A stretch of 64,000 nt of DNA from Negaprion brevirostris (GCA_030324005.1 JARDVH010000084.1:22031423-22095422), one strand, 5' to 3'. Positions 38,916-52,835 are shown, numbered from the stretch's first letter. Made by a program: numbers and translations. Notes: generated by a model from the sequence alone, not told the origin.

Positions 38916-40169
38916 TTACTGGCCTCAAAATAAGTCTCATTGAGAGATCCAGCGACCTCTCTCTCTACCAAAAATTTAATCTCTAGTGTCATTTAGTAGC
39001 AATGCACCTGATTGCAGCATTCTACACTGGGCATTCCCAAAGTGGAGCCAGAGAAACGACGTCATCAAATAGTTCAAGCCAAACACTGAAGGATTTCCAC
39101 AAGGTCCACAAACAGGAAACAAACGTCAGTAAAATAAAATCACTTAATCTGCATGGGCAGATTTGATTTGCTTCCCCCTTTTATTAACAGTGGTGTGCTT
39201 TGCAACCCTTTTTGATGTGATTCCAATTTACCATTAATGACCCCACAGCAAACTCAAGATGGGAAAAATTCAGAGGATTAATTTATTTACAAGCGCTCAA
39301 AATACAGTAGGGGGAGGTTGCCATGCAATCCCCTATGCATTCGTACAGGAGGGATAGAGAAAAAAAGATGTACAGGGCACAAAAACCACCAGAAAATAAT
39401 TATTGTTTTGCTTGAGTGCACTATCCGTATCAAAGTCCAATGATGAATTCCTTTACAAAGGTTAGCAGGCTGAATTGCTGCTGGATAATTAACTTTTTCA
39501 GTAGAGATGATCTCCACAATGATATAGGTCACACACAGATGAATCCTCCTTGTAGGTAATCATGTGGAAAGTCAACCCCAGTGGGGAGGGTGGGCAGGCA
39601 TTCAGCCGGACAGGGTTCATTTTCTGTACTGCTGCTAGGTAGTTGGAAAAATGGCAGACTAAGGTTTTTCAGTACCACAAGGCAACATAACTGGTTCCAC
39701 TAGCTAGGAGTTTACATGACTCACACCACATGAGTCCCACCTCTCCATTTCAGCATTTACAAAGAATGTTTGACAAAGTTGTTAATGTTCTAACCATTAA
39801 ATTTTAGAAGAGATGTTGTGGGGTCCTAGTTGACAAATCTAATCCGATGGCAAGGCTTGGCTTATGAAATGTAGATGGTCTTTATATAATTCCTTTTGAA
39901 TTTGGTCTCTTGAGTCCGGTGTGAGGTGGAGTCATTAGGCTCTCTTCAGAGGTAACTGAGGCATCAGTTTCTACAAAACTGTCATCTTAGCTGGTATTGT
40001 TTGAGGGTTGCAGGTATTTTAAAAAGCCAGTTTTTAAAATTTTAGAAATTAGCCATGAAAATGTAGAAATTTGTAGAAATATAGAGTGAAAGGTTCTAGT
40101 CCCCTGACAATTCTGAAAACAAAACTTTTAGAACATTTTGTTAAAGAAAACAAATGTATTATTTATTAT

Positions 40170-40500
40170 GGGTGGCACAGTGATTAGCATGGCTGCCTCA
40201 CAGCGCCAGGGACCTGGGTTTGATTCCAGCCTTGGGTGACTGTGTGGAGTTTACATGTTCTCCCCGTGTCTGCATGGATCTCCGGGGATACTCCAGTTTC
40301 TCCCACAGTCCAAAGATGTGCAAGTTAGATGCAGTATCCAGGCTAAATTACCCCTTAGTGTATCAAGATGTGTGGGTGAGATGGATTAGTTGTAGGGATA
40401 GGGCAAGGTGGTGGGCCTGGATGAGATGCTCTTTTGAAGAATTGGTGTAGACTTGATGGGCTGAATGGTCTCCTTCTGCACTGTAGGTATTCTATGGATT
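40170..40500 (+). mobile_element. Full-length HE1-like V-SINE
   Basis: tRNA head, V-domain, CCTTCTGCACTGTAGG.ATTCTATG tail. Confidence 0.88.
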
Positions 40501-41729
40501 TAACAGCAATTACTAAATTATTTTTTCAAGACCAGTTCAGTTGTTCATCAATCTTTATTAAAATCCAGCCCAGTAATTCAGGTAAGTGTTCGCATTATAG
40601 TGAGCCCTTTTAGTGTTGTTTGGATAATTTAAACAGCCAATAGCAAATTTAGTCATTTTCTATATTTAACCCATGTGGTATGATTTTCAGAAAGAAGTCC
40701 ATGGTCCAATGAACAGCAGTTTCCTGGCTCCATCGATGCTAGTCTGTTTTCCTTCTGTATGGAAATACGTGATTTTTGTCAGTACTCAGTTACTAAATCT
40801 GGAATAAAGTCTACAGTAATGGTTATTAATATTTTACAGAATTTAATCTAAATAAGCCTAATGATCATCACAGTTCAGATTGCTGTAATCCAACAAATAG
40901 AAAATTTCCCAAGACCTACCAGTTTTTTTTCTCCTCCCCACAACAACCTACTTGAAGGACACACTCTCTTCTAGGCTGTCTTAAAAATTTACCCCATTTG
41001 CCACTGATGCACAGTGTTGCATTGAGACCATCTACAAGTTGCACTTATCAAATCTTTTTTGACAGCACCTCCCAAATCCTTCATTGTTGATGGATCAAAT
41101 GCTGGAACAGCCTACTGAACACCATTGTGGGTTCAGTACATCTCACACTCTGCAGTGGTTGGTGAAGGTTGCTCATTGCAACCTTGTAAGAAGTCTCAAC
41201 ACCAGGCAACCTTCTCCAGGGCAGTTGAGGGTGAGCAATAAGTACTGGTTTTGCCCTGGAATTTGCATTCCTTAAAAGAATTAAAACAAAACTTCTCCAC
41301 TTTTTGCAACATTTATTTACCACAACAATTAGCTTGTTTTACTCATGATAGATATTTTAATTCAATAATGTGTTTATTCTGTTGCAAACTGTTGCTTCAT
41401 GTCATCACCTTAGTTGCTATTGGAAAACATCAAATTTATATTTAGTTCTATATTTGCATCATCTTTATGGTGGTGTTAATCTCCTTTATCATTTCAAGCA
41501 TTGATAATATATTCCATTGCAAAAACCCTTTCTAATTATATGTATAATCACTATTAACCAGAGGCCAAATTTCCAACCCTTTGGCCAGTTCAACCAGATT
41601 ACTGTTTTGCATTCAAGAGATTGTTTGTTTTAATGCAGAAGCCCAAATCTTCAAAATTCCACATCTTCTTCCATTTTCTCCATGTTGTCTTAAAATTGAT
41701 TTTTGTCCTCCTAGGGAGGAAGCAGCTTG

Positions 41730-41965
41730 ATAGAAACCACACAATTCCTACAGTGCAGAAGGTGGTCATTTGGCCCATCGAGTCTTCCCCAACTGTCTTA
41801 GAGTGTCTTAACCAGGGCCACCCTATGCCCTTTCCCTGTAACCTCTTGCATTTACCCCGCTAGTCCCCTAACCTACACATTTTGGCCGCTTTAACATAGA
41901 ACATAGAACATTACAGCGCAGAACAGGCCCTTCGGCCCACGATGTTGCGCCGACCAGTTACAAAA
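41730..41965 (-). mobile_element. SINE tail plus young CR1 tail entering an assembly gap
   Basis: CCTACAGTGCAGAAGG..GGCCCATCGAGTC; AACATAGAACATAGAACATTACAGCGCAGAACAGGCC. Confidence 0.75.
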
Positions 41966-44065
41966 NNNNNNNNNNNNNNNNNNNNNNNNNNNNNNNNNNN
42001 NNNNNNNNNNNNNNNNNNNNNNNNNNNNNNNNNNNNNNNNNNNNNNNNNNNNNNNNNNNNNNNNNNNNNNNNNNNNNNNNNNNNNNNNNNNNNNNNNNNN
42101 NNNNNNNNNNNNNNNNNNNNNNNNNNNNNNNNNNNNNNNNNNNNNNNNNNNNNNNNNNNNNNNNNNNNNNNNNNNNNNNNNNNNNNNNNNNNNNNNNNNN
42201 NNNNNNNNNNNNNNNNNNNNNNNNNNNNNNNNNNNNNNNNNNNNNNNNNNNNNNNNNNNNNNNNNNNNNNNNNNNNNNNNNNNNNNNNNNNNNNNNNNNN
42301 NNNNNNNNNNNNNNNNNNNNNNNNNNNNNNNNNNNNNNNNNNNNNNNNNNNNNNNNNNNNNNNNNNNNNNNNNNNNNNNNNNNNNNNNNNNNNNNNNNNN
42401 NNNNNNNNNNNNNNNNNNNNNNNNNNNNNNNNNNNNNNNNNNNNNNNNNNNNNNNNNNNNNNNNNNNNNNNNNNNNNNNNNNNNNNNNNNNNNNNNNNNN
42501 NNNNNNNNNNNNNNNNNNNNNNNNNNNNNNNNNNNNNNNNNNNNNNNNNNNNNNNNNNNNNNNNNNNNNNNNNNNNNNNNNNNNNNNNNNNNNNNNNNNN
42601 NNNNNNNNNNNNNNNNNNNNNNNNNNNNNNNNNNNNNNNNNNNNNNNNNNNNNNNNNNNNNNNNNNNNNNNNNNNNNNNNNNNNNNNNNNNNNNNNNNNN
42701 NNNNNNNNNNNNNNNNNNNNNNNNNNNNNNNNNNNNNNNNNNNNNNNNNNNNNNNNNNNNNNNNNNNNNNNNNNNNNNNNNNNNNNNNNNNNNNNNNNNN
42801 NNNNNNNNNAGGTTTAACTTTGGAGTGTTAGCTTTTTGGGGAGGGGGAAAGCCCTCTGGACAGGTTTGCCAACTCTGTTTGAGGGGAAGGTTAGTAAAAC
42901 TGGAATATCAAAGAAACAAACATGGATTTTTTGGATTTTGCCTCTATGCATATAGTATTGGACCCAATGATGCTGAACCATTCAGTTACAGTTCATGGTG
43001 TTTCTGCTGAAACTATGAAGCCCTAAGTGCATTGTGATGTGGCTTTAAAGGATAAATATCCAAATACTTGTTTTGCTCTGAATTAATTTTCTTCATTTCC
43101 TTTGTCTCGCATCTCAATTTTGCCTAAACCTTTTGCCCTCTGAATTTTCAGTTTTCTTTTGTTGCCAACATTTGGACTAAAATAACTATAGTAACCTGGT
43201 TCAGAAAAAAACAGTGTTTCTATTGTGTGTGTATTCATGTCACAAATTTGCTTGCCATTAACAATGATTCTATCCTGTCGTGCTTGTCAAAACAGAATCA
43301 ACGTGCTGAACAAACTGACCAAAGTTTCTTTTATTACATTTTCATTTCATTCAGTATTTAGTACTGCAATTATGCGAAGGGCTAGGAAGTGAAGTAGAGT
43401 AAAGCAAAACACAGTATATAAATGCAACTACAAAACGCTAGAAGTTGGACGTGAGTTCCAAGTACGATCAACACTGTCCCACAGTGGAATTCCAATCAGT
43501 ATTGAGTCCTTGCAAATACCTGTAATATATTATTCTATCAAGAAAATTGGGACAAATTTATTTCAAACTTACTTTAAGCAATTAGGAGAATTGTGTAGTT
43601 ATAGTTTTAATTGTCGCCTAGTGTTCTGTGCTCTGAGGTCTTTCTGAATATGTGCTAGCCTGATTTTGTGCTGTATATGAATTCCATCTATGATTTCTAA
43701 CTGTGGAGACCACGACAACACTTCCCAGCCTGGGCTTGATGAACTCATTTCAATACTGTTCTTTCTTCCAACAAATGTGCAGCGACGATGAAGTGGAATG
43801 TCCTCAAGTGCAGAATTGTGTCTTTTTTAGGGGTGTGACACAGAATGTCATAATAACAAGAAGCATAATCTTGTGCTGTGCGTGTGTGTCTGGTTTATGA
43901 ATGTGCATATGTGAAGCTGAAAAACCACCACACTATTGTCTTGTTCTTTCAGTTGCTGTGAGGATTAATGAAGCCTGGCCCGTTTTTACTCTCTATGTTT
44001 TTCCTTGTCTTTTTATTCCCTCCTCATCCTCATTGCACTCTACCATCAAACCCTTCATCTCTCAG

Positions 44066-44077
44066 ATCAGCAAGAAG
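44066..44077 (+). CDS. PTPRF: 12-nt microexon meB (encodes DQQE), Ig2-Ig3 linker
   Basis: pyrimidine-rich tract with TGC, ctctcAG|ATCAGCAAGAAG|GTTGGT; phase 1-1; size and position of meB (ELRE in PTPRD/PTPRS, DQRE in PTPRF as I recall). Confidence 0.85.
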
Positions 44078-45894
44078 GTTGGTCTCTTTCACTTCTTATC
44101 CACCTACGCCACGCCAAATGGACTGCCCTATAGTGAAACAGAGGAGAGTTGGGGTTTCTGGCTCCCTGCCAGACATGGCCTAGCCCCTACCTGTTGGAAT
44201 CTAATGACTTTCTGCTTAAGTGTCTTTAAAACCTCGTGGAAGTGTCAGCGTGCTGCATGTTAATGTTTGTTTCTGTTCTCCATCACTGGCTCTGTTCTGT
44301 GCCATGAGGAGAATCTTATCCTCTCTGCTTCTTTCATAGTTGGTAGCTGTAGCCCTAATATTTTGAAACTGTAACCCCAATTTTACTTTCAGCTTTCAAA
44401 ATTGTTCAGATATTTGTTCAGATGTCATACTTGGTAATCACAAATTTTCAGATTTTGTGAATTGAATCGTCCATTCTTCAATTATGTTGTGTCTTAAAAT
44501 ATACGGTAAATTTTATCTTTTTCGAATATTTAGTCAATCTTAAAAAAACATATCTATGTTAGACACAAATTACTTTATAAATACCTATGGGTTGGTATTC
44601 TAGAATATTAAAATTGTCAATCATTCATATATAATGAAGTGACAATGTCTAGAGTAAATAACAACAGAGAATGCTGTGTACACTTGGGAGATTAGTCAAT
44701 ATCTGTACAGACAGAAGGAGATACTGCATCCGCAGTATTTTGCTTTAGTTGTGTCTAAACTGGAGCTTTTACCAAATGTAATTTGCTGTAACGTTACAAA
44801 CTGTAGTGGTTAAGAAATAATTACTTTTTGTTTGAAATGTTGCCCTTCCCTAGTACAAATTCACTGGGGTTTACTGAAATTCTAATTGATTTTAAGATAG
44901 CTAGGATTTTCAATAGTCTCCCACTCCAGTTCTCTTTATGCACCATTTTATAAAACAGTTAAAAAAAAATTTCGCAAGGAGTGAGATGTTATTATGATCC
45001 TTGATTGGAATGTTCAAATCTAGACTCAAACTCAGTTTTGAGCATATCCATGGATTCAGAATGAGTTTGCTTATTTTCAGACATCTCAAGTTTTGGTTTG
45101 CACATTTACATCGGAGGATGTTTTGATCGGATCCTGTTTCAGATACCATTATTAACCGTTTGTATGTCCTCTGGATGTAATGCAAGAGCTGGGGCAGGAG
45201 AGAATACTAAACTGTACATACAGTTGAAAAGAGCCAAATTAGGGAAAATTCTGTTCTACTATTTCAGACTCCTCTCTCCAAAGCTCCAACAATACAAAAC
45301 CCTCTGCATCAATGTTACTGATATTTTTCCAGATAATATTTTGGCTAAATTTTGTGGGACTGTTGTGCCCTAAAATTGAAAGGCTAAGACTCAATGTTTT
45401 GTACATCATAGCTCATACATGTTCTCTTCTCTCCCACGTTTGCTCTTGATAGAAGCAAACTGCCCTCCACAGCAAATATGTTTTTGGTGGGGAGGAGACA
45501 CATAAAACATGACGGGAATAGGCCATCACCTTCTCACCCACTCCTGACTGAGTCTCCATAATACAGGGACTGCCCGCCCTTGCCTTCTGAGGCCCTTAAA
45601 TGGCCAANNNNNNNNNNNNNNNNNNNNNNNNNNNNNNNNNNNNNNNNNNNNNNNNNNNNNNNNNNNNNNNNNNNNNNNNNNNNNNNNNNNNNNNNNNNNN
45701 NNNNNNNTTCTCACCCACTCCTGACTGAGTCTCCATAATACAGGGACTGCCCGCCCTTGCCTTCTGAGGCCCTTAAATGGCCAATTAAATGTAAAACATC
45801 GCCTTGTTTCGTCTCACCGTAGTGTGAGAAAATGAAGGAGCAAAATACAAATGACGGCAAAATTGGTTAATTGTCCACTTTGGAACCTCCAAAC

Positions 45895-46098
45895 TTTTCA
45901 GGGTGGTGGGTGCATGGAATCGGCTGCCAGAGGTGGTGGTGGAGGCGGATTCGATAGGGTCTTTTAAGAGACTTTTGGATGAGTACATGGGACTTGGTAA
46001 GATAGAGGGTTATAGGTAAGCCTAGTAGATAGAGATATGTTCGGTGCAACTTGTGGGCCGAAGGGCCTGTTTGTGCTGTAGTTTTTCTATATGTTCTA
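45895..46098 (+). mobile_element. CR1/HER1-like 3' end
   Basis: RVVGAWNRLPEVVVEA..SFKRLLDEYM; GGGCCGAAGGGCC stem; TTCTATATGTTCTAT tail. Confidence 0.85.
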
Positions 46099-49000
46099 TC
46101 ACTGCAGTTAGTCACGCTCAACCCATGTCAGGATATCTTTTGGATTTAATTTTGGAAAGTGAAAGTGATACCAACTTTTTTAAGCTTATTTTATCCTCCC
46201 ACTTGAATCATTTGCAACATCAGTTAAACACATTTACTCCATTAGGGCAAAGCAAAAATCATGGGCATTAAACCTTTCCTTGAAAATTGGTTTGGAGGTC
46301 ATTGGAGGAATGATATTGGTCTGATTCAAAAACATTAAACAATATCCACTACCAACATGAAAGAGACAGAAAAATTAATAAATGTTGTATGTTAATGCTG
46401 CAGTAAACATGAGTCAGAGCACGTTGCATTATTAATTATTTTTTCCCTCCCTTTGTTTCTTCCTTTGTGAATTTGAGGATAATTTTTATTTTTTTTATGA
46501 ATTCTTGCATGCTGTCCTTGGAAGAATTTGGATCTTACCCTCGCATACTGACTTGCATTTCATTTTATACATGACATCCAACAAATGGAAACATCACCAA
46601 TGCTGCAGTCTCCATTTAACAATGTTCAGAAGAGATTGACTGATGTCTGGTTTTGATATTACTACCAATACTGATAGCTGAAACCTTCACATCAGTCAAC
46701 AAGGTTAAACAGAAAAGGAAAAGGTGGTGCAGGATTGAAAGATTTGGAAATGAAAGGCTCCAGCTGCATTGCAATGATAAACTTGTCATTTGTATTTGAA
46801 AATATAATCTGGTTTGTTATACTAGTCTTTTGGGGCAAAAGCTTCCACTGAGTGCTTCTGTTGATTGAAGCAGTTTCAAAACCATTGAATCTTATCCTTT
46901 TTTGGCCAAAATTTTAAATTAGTTTCAAAACAATTTGGCTCCCTTGGTCCTTTATGCAGAATGCCATGATTGGCTATAAGCAAAGTATTGGTATAATAGT
47001 GCCACCAGTATCAGTAGAACCTGAATTTAAGTGGAACTGGGATGGATGCAAAAAAAATTCTAATGTTGAAACCGATTGGTTAATGATGCGATGATTTGGA
47101 CAACGTATGTTATGTTAGCAGATAGCAACTAGCATTTAAGAGTAATTACTAAGAGTTGAGGAGATGTCATTGTGCCCAGCTAGATTAAACTGTTTACTCA
47201 ATATCTTTGATTCGATGGATAGTTTTATGAATAAAATGTAATATTTATAATTTAGTCAGCTGCTGCGTTGCATGTTTGCCTACTCAATGCGTGCTGTCGT
47301 TTGTAGATAAGTGAAACAATGGACAGAATTCTCCCAAAAAATTCCGAACTTCATAATGGCAAGAATAATGGAGTGACCCAAGCCAGTGTCTGTGGTGTGC
47401 TCTGCATTGTAATTCTCCCACACTAAAACCACTTTGTTGGAGAGTTGGGAGATTCTCACCTCTGAGTGTTTGGGTGCCATTTTGCAAGGGCACCCCGATC
47501 TCAAAGTGCACTGAAAGACCCCCTCGTGCACCCACGGATATTGGGATTTCCTCTCTCTCCCCCTTCATAGCCCCCCTATCATTGCTCCTGCTCAGGCCCT
47601 ACCGCCTCAGCGCAACTGTTGGCGCACTGGTAGTACCCAACTGGTATACTGGTAGTACCAACTATCATCACCAGCCTGTCCAGTGGGCACTGCCCATCCA
47701 TACCCCCAATCTCCCCAGGCTTCAATGGCCTCCAAGCCCCCCTGGCGTGACCATTGTGCCAGGTCTCTGCTTGTGGACACCAGTAGCCTTTATCTTCAGT
47801 CTAACTTTTGTGGTGGGAAATTGAGATTATTTTCATGAATTGTCATATTAAGTGACACTTTGATTGTTCCGTGTGATTGGTGGAAATCCAAAGGTGCCTT
47901 ATAAATATAACTTTATTGATTAAAAAAATTGAGGAACTGTCAGNNNNNNNNNNNNNNNNNNNNNNNNNNNNNNNNNNNNNNNNNNNNNNNNNNNNNNNNN
48001 NNNNNNNNNNNNNNNNNNNNNNNNNNNNNNNTAAGCTGCTATATTTTGAGAACATAAAAGGCACCAAATGAAGAGAAAAGAACTTTTGTGGTAGTTACAT
48101 TTCCTTACACTGGTAAAAATGAAGAACCATGTTTGTATGGAAATAGAATTTGAATACCCATCCCCATTCCAAAACTAATATCTTGTGTTTGTGACAGTTC
48201 CATTGCTAACATAGGAAGGCAAAACTATGCACCCGACATTAAGTGTGAAATTGTATGGCATGCTTTATTCTAGTGCATGTCTATTGGTTTTGTATGTGTG
48301 AAGGTTTGTGCAAACCATTTTGTTTCGCATTTGACTGCAGCAGCTCTTTCTTCCTTCTTACTCTGTCTGGTTCATTGACTTTTCCTTACATTAACCTGCA
48401 TGAGAGCTGTAAGCCTGATGCATGCTGATTGAATGTAAGCACACTGCGTTTTAAGCTTATGAGCCAAGCTTTTGCAAATTGGTCACTGCAAGTTTTCGGT
48501 GCAGTGGAAACAAACTCCCCATTATCAACTGTTTACCCAAAAGCTATTATTTTAAAAAGTGGTGTTTCATTTCTGTAAAACAAGACTGATGTGGTCAGAA
48601 TTTAATAGTCTGGAGATGTTCAGTTTGATAAATCGCCATCATGTTGAAACCATTTCCATTCTCATGAGTAATGGCGGAGTTATTCTAACTACTTGCACAT
48701 TAAATAGTAATGAAACGAAACAAAACATCCAGTCTGGAGAACAACAGTCAAGCTTCATAACACTGCAGCTAATCTAAGCCACTCTAGTCTTAAACAGATA
48801 AAATACCTTTGGTGATCATTATGATGTTGCATGAATAATCCAGGTCATGGTATTGCAGGGCACTGTAGCACTAACAAAATGGCATTCACATGTACTGAAG
48901 AATATTTTTGTCCGAGAATATACATCAGTTAACTACATTCCAATGGTACAGAGCTATCTATCATGAAATTTTACTTGCAGTATATTAGCTATTATATCTG

Positions 49001-51512
49001 GTGTCATCAGGATTGGATTAACAGAACATTTGTGATTTTTAAAGAGTATGTTGGCATAAGATCCCAAATTGCAAAATTGGCAGTTGCAAGAACCCCAAAC
49101 ACCACCCACCTACCCAAATACCCAAAAGAGTATTTCTCATCATGTTTGATTTTTCTCCCATTGCAGCTTGTAGTGAAGGATGGTCTGGACTGGGTGATTA
49201 ATTCACAACATGTATTGTCATTTTGTGAATAGCCAGCAGTGGCACAGTTTCAGCAGGGTGAGGTATACAGTTCTTTTTTTCTCCCCTCTTCCTATCCTGA
49301 GACACAGAGGACCATGCAGGACTATAGCAGTCTTGGAAAGAACGATTCGCATGAAATTAGCTGAGCTGGGCAAGGTCAGGTGATGAATACTTTTGTAACA
49401 AAGACAAACCAACAAGTAACCTAGTCCTGGTACTTGTAGTACTTGCATACCTGATTGATATGTGCTGTAGCCCATATTGCACTGACCTTGACTGACTATT
49501 TGCCAAACAAAATTATGTTGGAAATTTTACTCTCCAGGAAAGATAGCAGTGCATAATTTTACAAGGGCATTATGATTACACGAATATTTCTTATATAAAC
49601 ACTGCACCAACCTTAAATGTAACCATTCAAAAGCAAAACCAAATTACATTTGAGAGTAGTTTTTTTTACATTTAGCTAATGGTTTGAGTTACAATTACAG
49701 TGTGTAAAATTGAAAGAACAAAATTTTCTCTGGCCCACCTTGCTGGTTTCCNNNNNNNNNNNNNNNNNNNNNNNNNNNNNNNNNNNNNNNNNNNNNNNNN
49801 NNNNNNNNNNNNNNNNNNNNNNNNNNNNNNNNNNNNNNNNNNNNNNNNNNNTTCCAAGGTGCTCATGATTCATAACAGATTGACTTCCATTGTACTTGTA
49901 AGATTAACAATATCCTGTTAGATAATAATGCACTTTGTACCATAATCACCTTTGAGTATTTGTCAAGATTTGGTTGTAATACAAAATAAGCTGTGTGATT
50001 GGAGAGAGTTTTTGTACATTATGACCTGGCAATATTGAAAATGTTGGGTAAAGAAGCTTCAGCAACCCACCAGCCAACAAAATCTCCTCTTCCCCTTGTT
50101 GCTAGCCTTCCATTTGATTCCTTCCAATGTTACAGTTTGAATTTGGTATATTTGAATTGATATATTATTTTTTATTTCTAATTAAAATCTAATTTGACAT
50201 TTTTCCCAAGTGAACTCCCACATTCTGTGACAGATATTTTTAAATAATGCCTGATGTTAAAATTAAAAGCAATATAAAATTTGAAGGGATTTTCAAATTT
50301 CTGTTTTTAAAATACAATTTGAAAAATCACATGCATTATTCAATATATTGGTCAAGTATTTATTTAGTGTTACGTTACTATACTTCAGAAGGTTTTGTTA
50401 CCAATTTAATTATGTAACAAAATTTGAGAACAAAATTGTGTTGCAGAAATCTTACCTTTTGGTAGAATTTGTCAAGGCATGTATTTTGTTGATAATTGCC
50501 GTGACGTTTTAAAATATAACTTTTGAGTCATGCATTTTTAATTTTATGGGGTTTCTTTTACATAAATTTGAGAAGAACATAATGCATACGTAGTAGTGAA
50601 CAATCATGCTTCTTGTTTCTACTGTTTGCTGTTCTTCACAAGTGTTTAGCCCTGTGAACAGTGTAAAAATGATACTAAAACCTGTCCAGGAAGAACTGGG
50701 CTGTTCTGCATTCTGGGTTTGGAGAAATGATACATTGTTGTCTTCCTCATTACATGTTCTTACGCTTGATGCCATAAATGAAGCTTATGGAAGGATTATC
50801 ATGCTGCTATGCTTATGATATGAGAGCGGACATTGTCCCTGCAGCTCCACATGAGAGTTATCAAAGTTAGCTTAGCTGCCTAGAGTTTAATTACTTCCCT
50901 ATGGACAATATAAATTGGTGTGCAAATCACCTGGATCACTCTGGCATTTTCCCATTGTCAACGCTCCCTCTCATTGTATACAGCAGGGTAAACTGAAAAA
51001 AAGAGAATTAGAAATAATTTACATATCATTTGTTGTTTTTACCATATGATCAAAACAGACCACTGCAACATATCGATTTATGCAAAATTGAGAGGACTCC
51101 CTAATATTTATTATTGCCGTTTTAATTTAAGTAGTCATGGCTTAAAAGGATAGCAACTTTACTTTTTGATCCATTTTCTTTTTTAAATACAGTTTATGAT
51201 TCAGATGCAGGCTGTGTTTTCTTTTGCTCAATCACATATAACCAAATGGAGGAAAGTCTGTTTTGTGCTTCTGTTTTCTCATGCAGGTTTAAGTTACAGC
51301 ACACACTAAATACTGTTGTCTGGTGCTTGCATTATTTAAGCATCGGCCATATAGATTTTATTTTTATTATCGCAGTTTACTTTCAAAATGAAGCAGCTGA
51401 CATTAACCTGGTACCTTGGTGTGGTGGGTGGATGTGGCTTGTGAGCCCTGCATGGTAATAGTTGAAATACTTTTAATATCTTTGATACTACCACATATAT
51501 CTTCCTTTTCAG

Positions 51513-51782
51513 TGCGCCGAGTTCCCCCTCGGTTCTCTATCCCACCCACTAGCCATGAAGTGATGCCAGGGGGCAGCGTTAACCTCACCTGTGTAGCTGT
51601 GGGGTCACCCATGCCCTATGTGAAATGGGTGACTGAAGCAGTAGAACTCACTTCAGAAGAGGACATGCCTATTGGACGGAATGTTCTGGAGCTGGTTAAC
51701 ATTAAAGAATCTAAGGGCTACACGTGTGTTGCCATGTCTTCACTGGGTGTTATTGAGGCAACGGCACAAATAACAGTTAAAG
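51513..51782 (+). CDS. PTPRF: Exon, Ig3 domain ([12 protein letters not shown]...EATAQITVK)
   Basis: cttttcAG acceptor, AAG|GTAAGT donor, 270 nt, phase 1-1, both Ig cysteines present. Confidence 0.96.
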
Positions 51783-52253
51783 GTAAGTCATACAGTTACC
51801 TGACCTAATTAATTAGGCGAATACATTGTTAATATTTATTTTCTCTCTCCTTGTTCCCTTCACTCTCAAAAAATGGGTGTGTTACATCTGTTGTCCTATT
51901 CATCTGTGCCCAAAAATAACTTTCTCAATAGATTCACAGAAATATCTCCTAATCAAATTGACAGTGTGTGAATGTCTTCTTTCTGAGTTCGGTTTGTTCT
52001 TCTTAATGTCCTGAAGGCAATATTTGTCTTTTGAATATGTTGTTATTGTAATTTGGCAGCAAATGTTGCCTGTGATTTAAGGTGCATTATGTATTTTTCA
52101 CTTCCCTCATTTGCTGCTAACAACTAGATTTTAAAATTTGATTGGTCAGTTGTTGAGTAATTGAAGTGCAAAATGTGTTTACTTAGTTACTCAGCTTATT
52201 CGTTTGTAAGTTTATGTTGTGCTTTCTGATAACTCACTATTTATGCATCCTAG

Positions 52254-52835
52254 CTTTACCAAAGCCACCTACAATGACAAGCGTTACAGAGACAACTGCT
52301 ACCAGTGTTACACTGACATGGGAATCAGGAAATAGTGAAATGATACCATACTATGTGATTCAGTATAAACCAAAATCCTCTGATGGAGCTTTCGAAGAGG
52401 TGGATGGAGTCGCCACCACACGATACAGTATTGGGGGTCTCAGCCCATACTCGGAATATGAATTCCGAATCATTGCAGTAAACAATATAGGCCGAGGCCC
52501 TCCCAGTGAAATAGTCGAAACCCGGACAGGCGAGCAGGCTCCATCCAGCCCACCTTTAAAAGTTCAGGCACGCATGCTGAGTGCTAGCACAATGTTAATC
52601 CAGTGGGAGGAGCCAGAAGAGCCAAATGGACAAATTCGGGGTTATCGGGTTTATTACACTACAGATTCTCGACTTCCCCTGAATATGTGGTACCTACATA
52701 ACTTGGATGACAGTCGTCTAACAACCATCGGTAGCTTAATAACTGACACCACGTACAGCATCCGAGTGTTGGCATTCACTTCGGTGGGGGATGGACCAAC
52801 ATCTGAAATTATACAAGTTAAAACAAAACAAGGAG
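52254..52835 (+). CDS. PTPRF: Exon, FNIII-1 and FNIII-2 (ALPKPP...IQVKTKQG)
   Basis: atcctAG acceptor, GAG|GTGAGT donor, 582 nt open frame, phase 1-1. Confidence 0.96.

Noticed and set aside
41156-41167. 12-nt AG...GT segment (VVGE) as an alternative meB
   Set aside because: It lies in a LINE/SINE tail remnant, has no pyrimidine tract and the peptide is unlike meB.
43281-43312. tgcttgtcaaaacAG-AATCAACGTGCTG resembles a DQR-coding meB
   Set aside because: It is out of frame by one base, has no GT donor and hits an in-frame TGA; the convincing meB is at 44066-44077.
45531-45785. 77-bp duplication across a 100-N gap
   Set aside because: Same overlapping-contig artefact.
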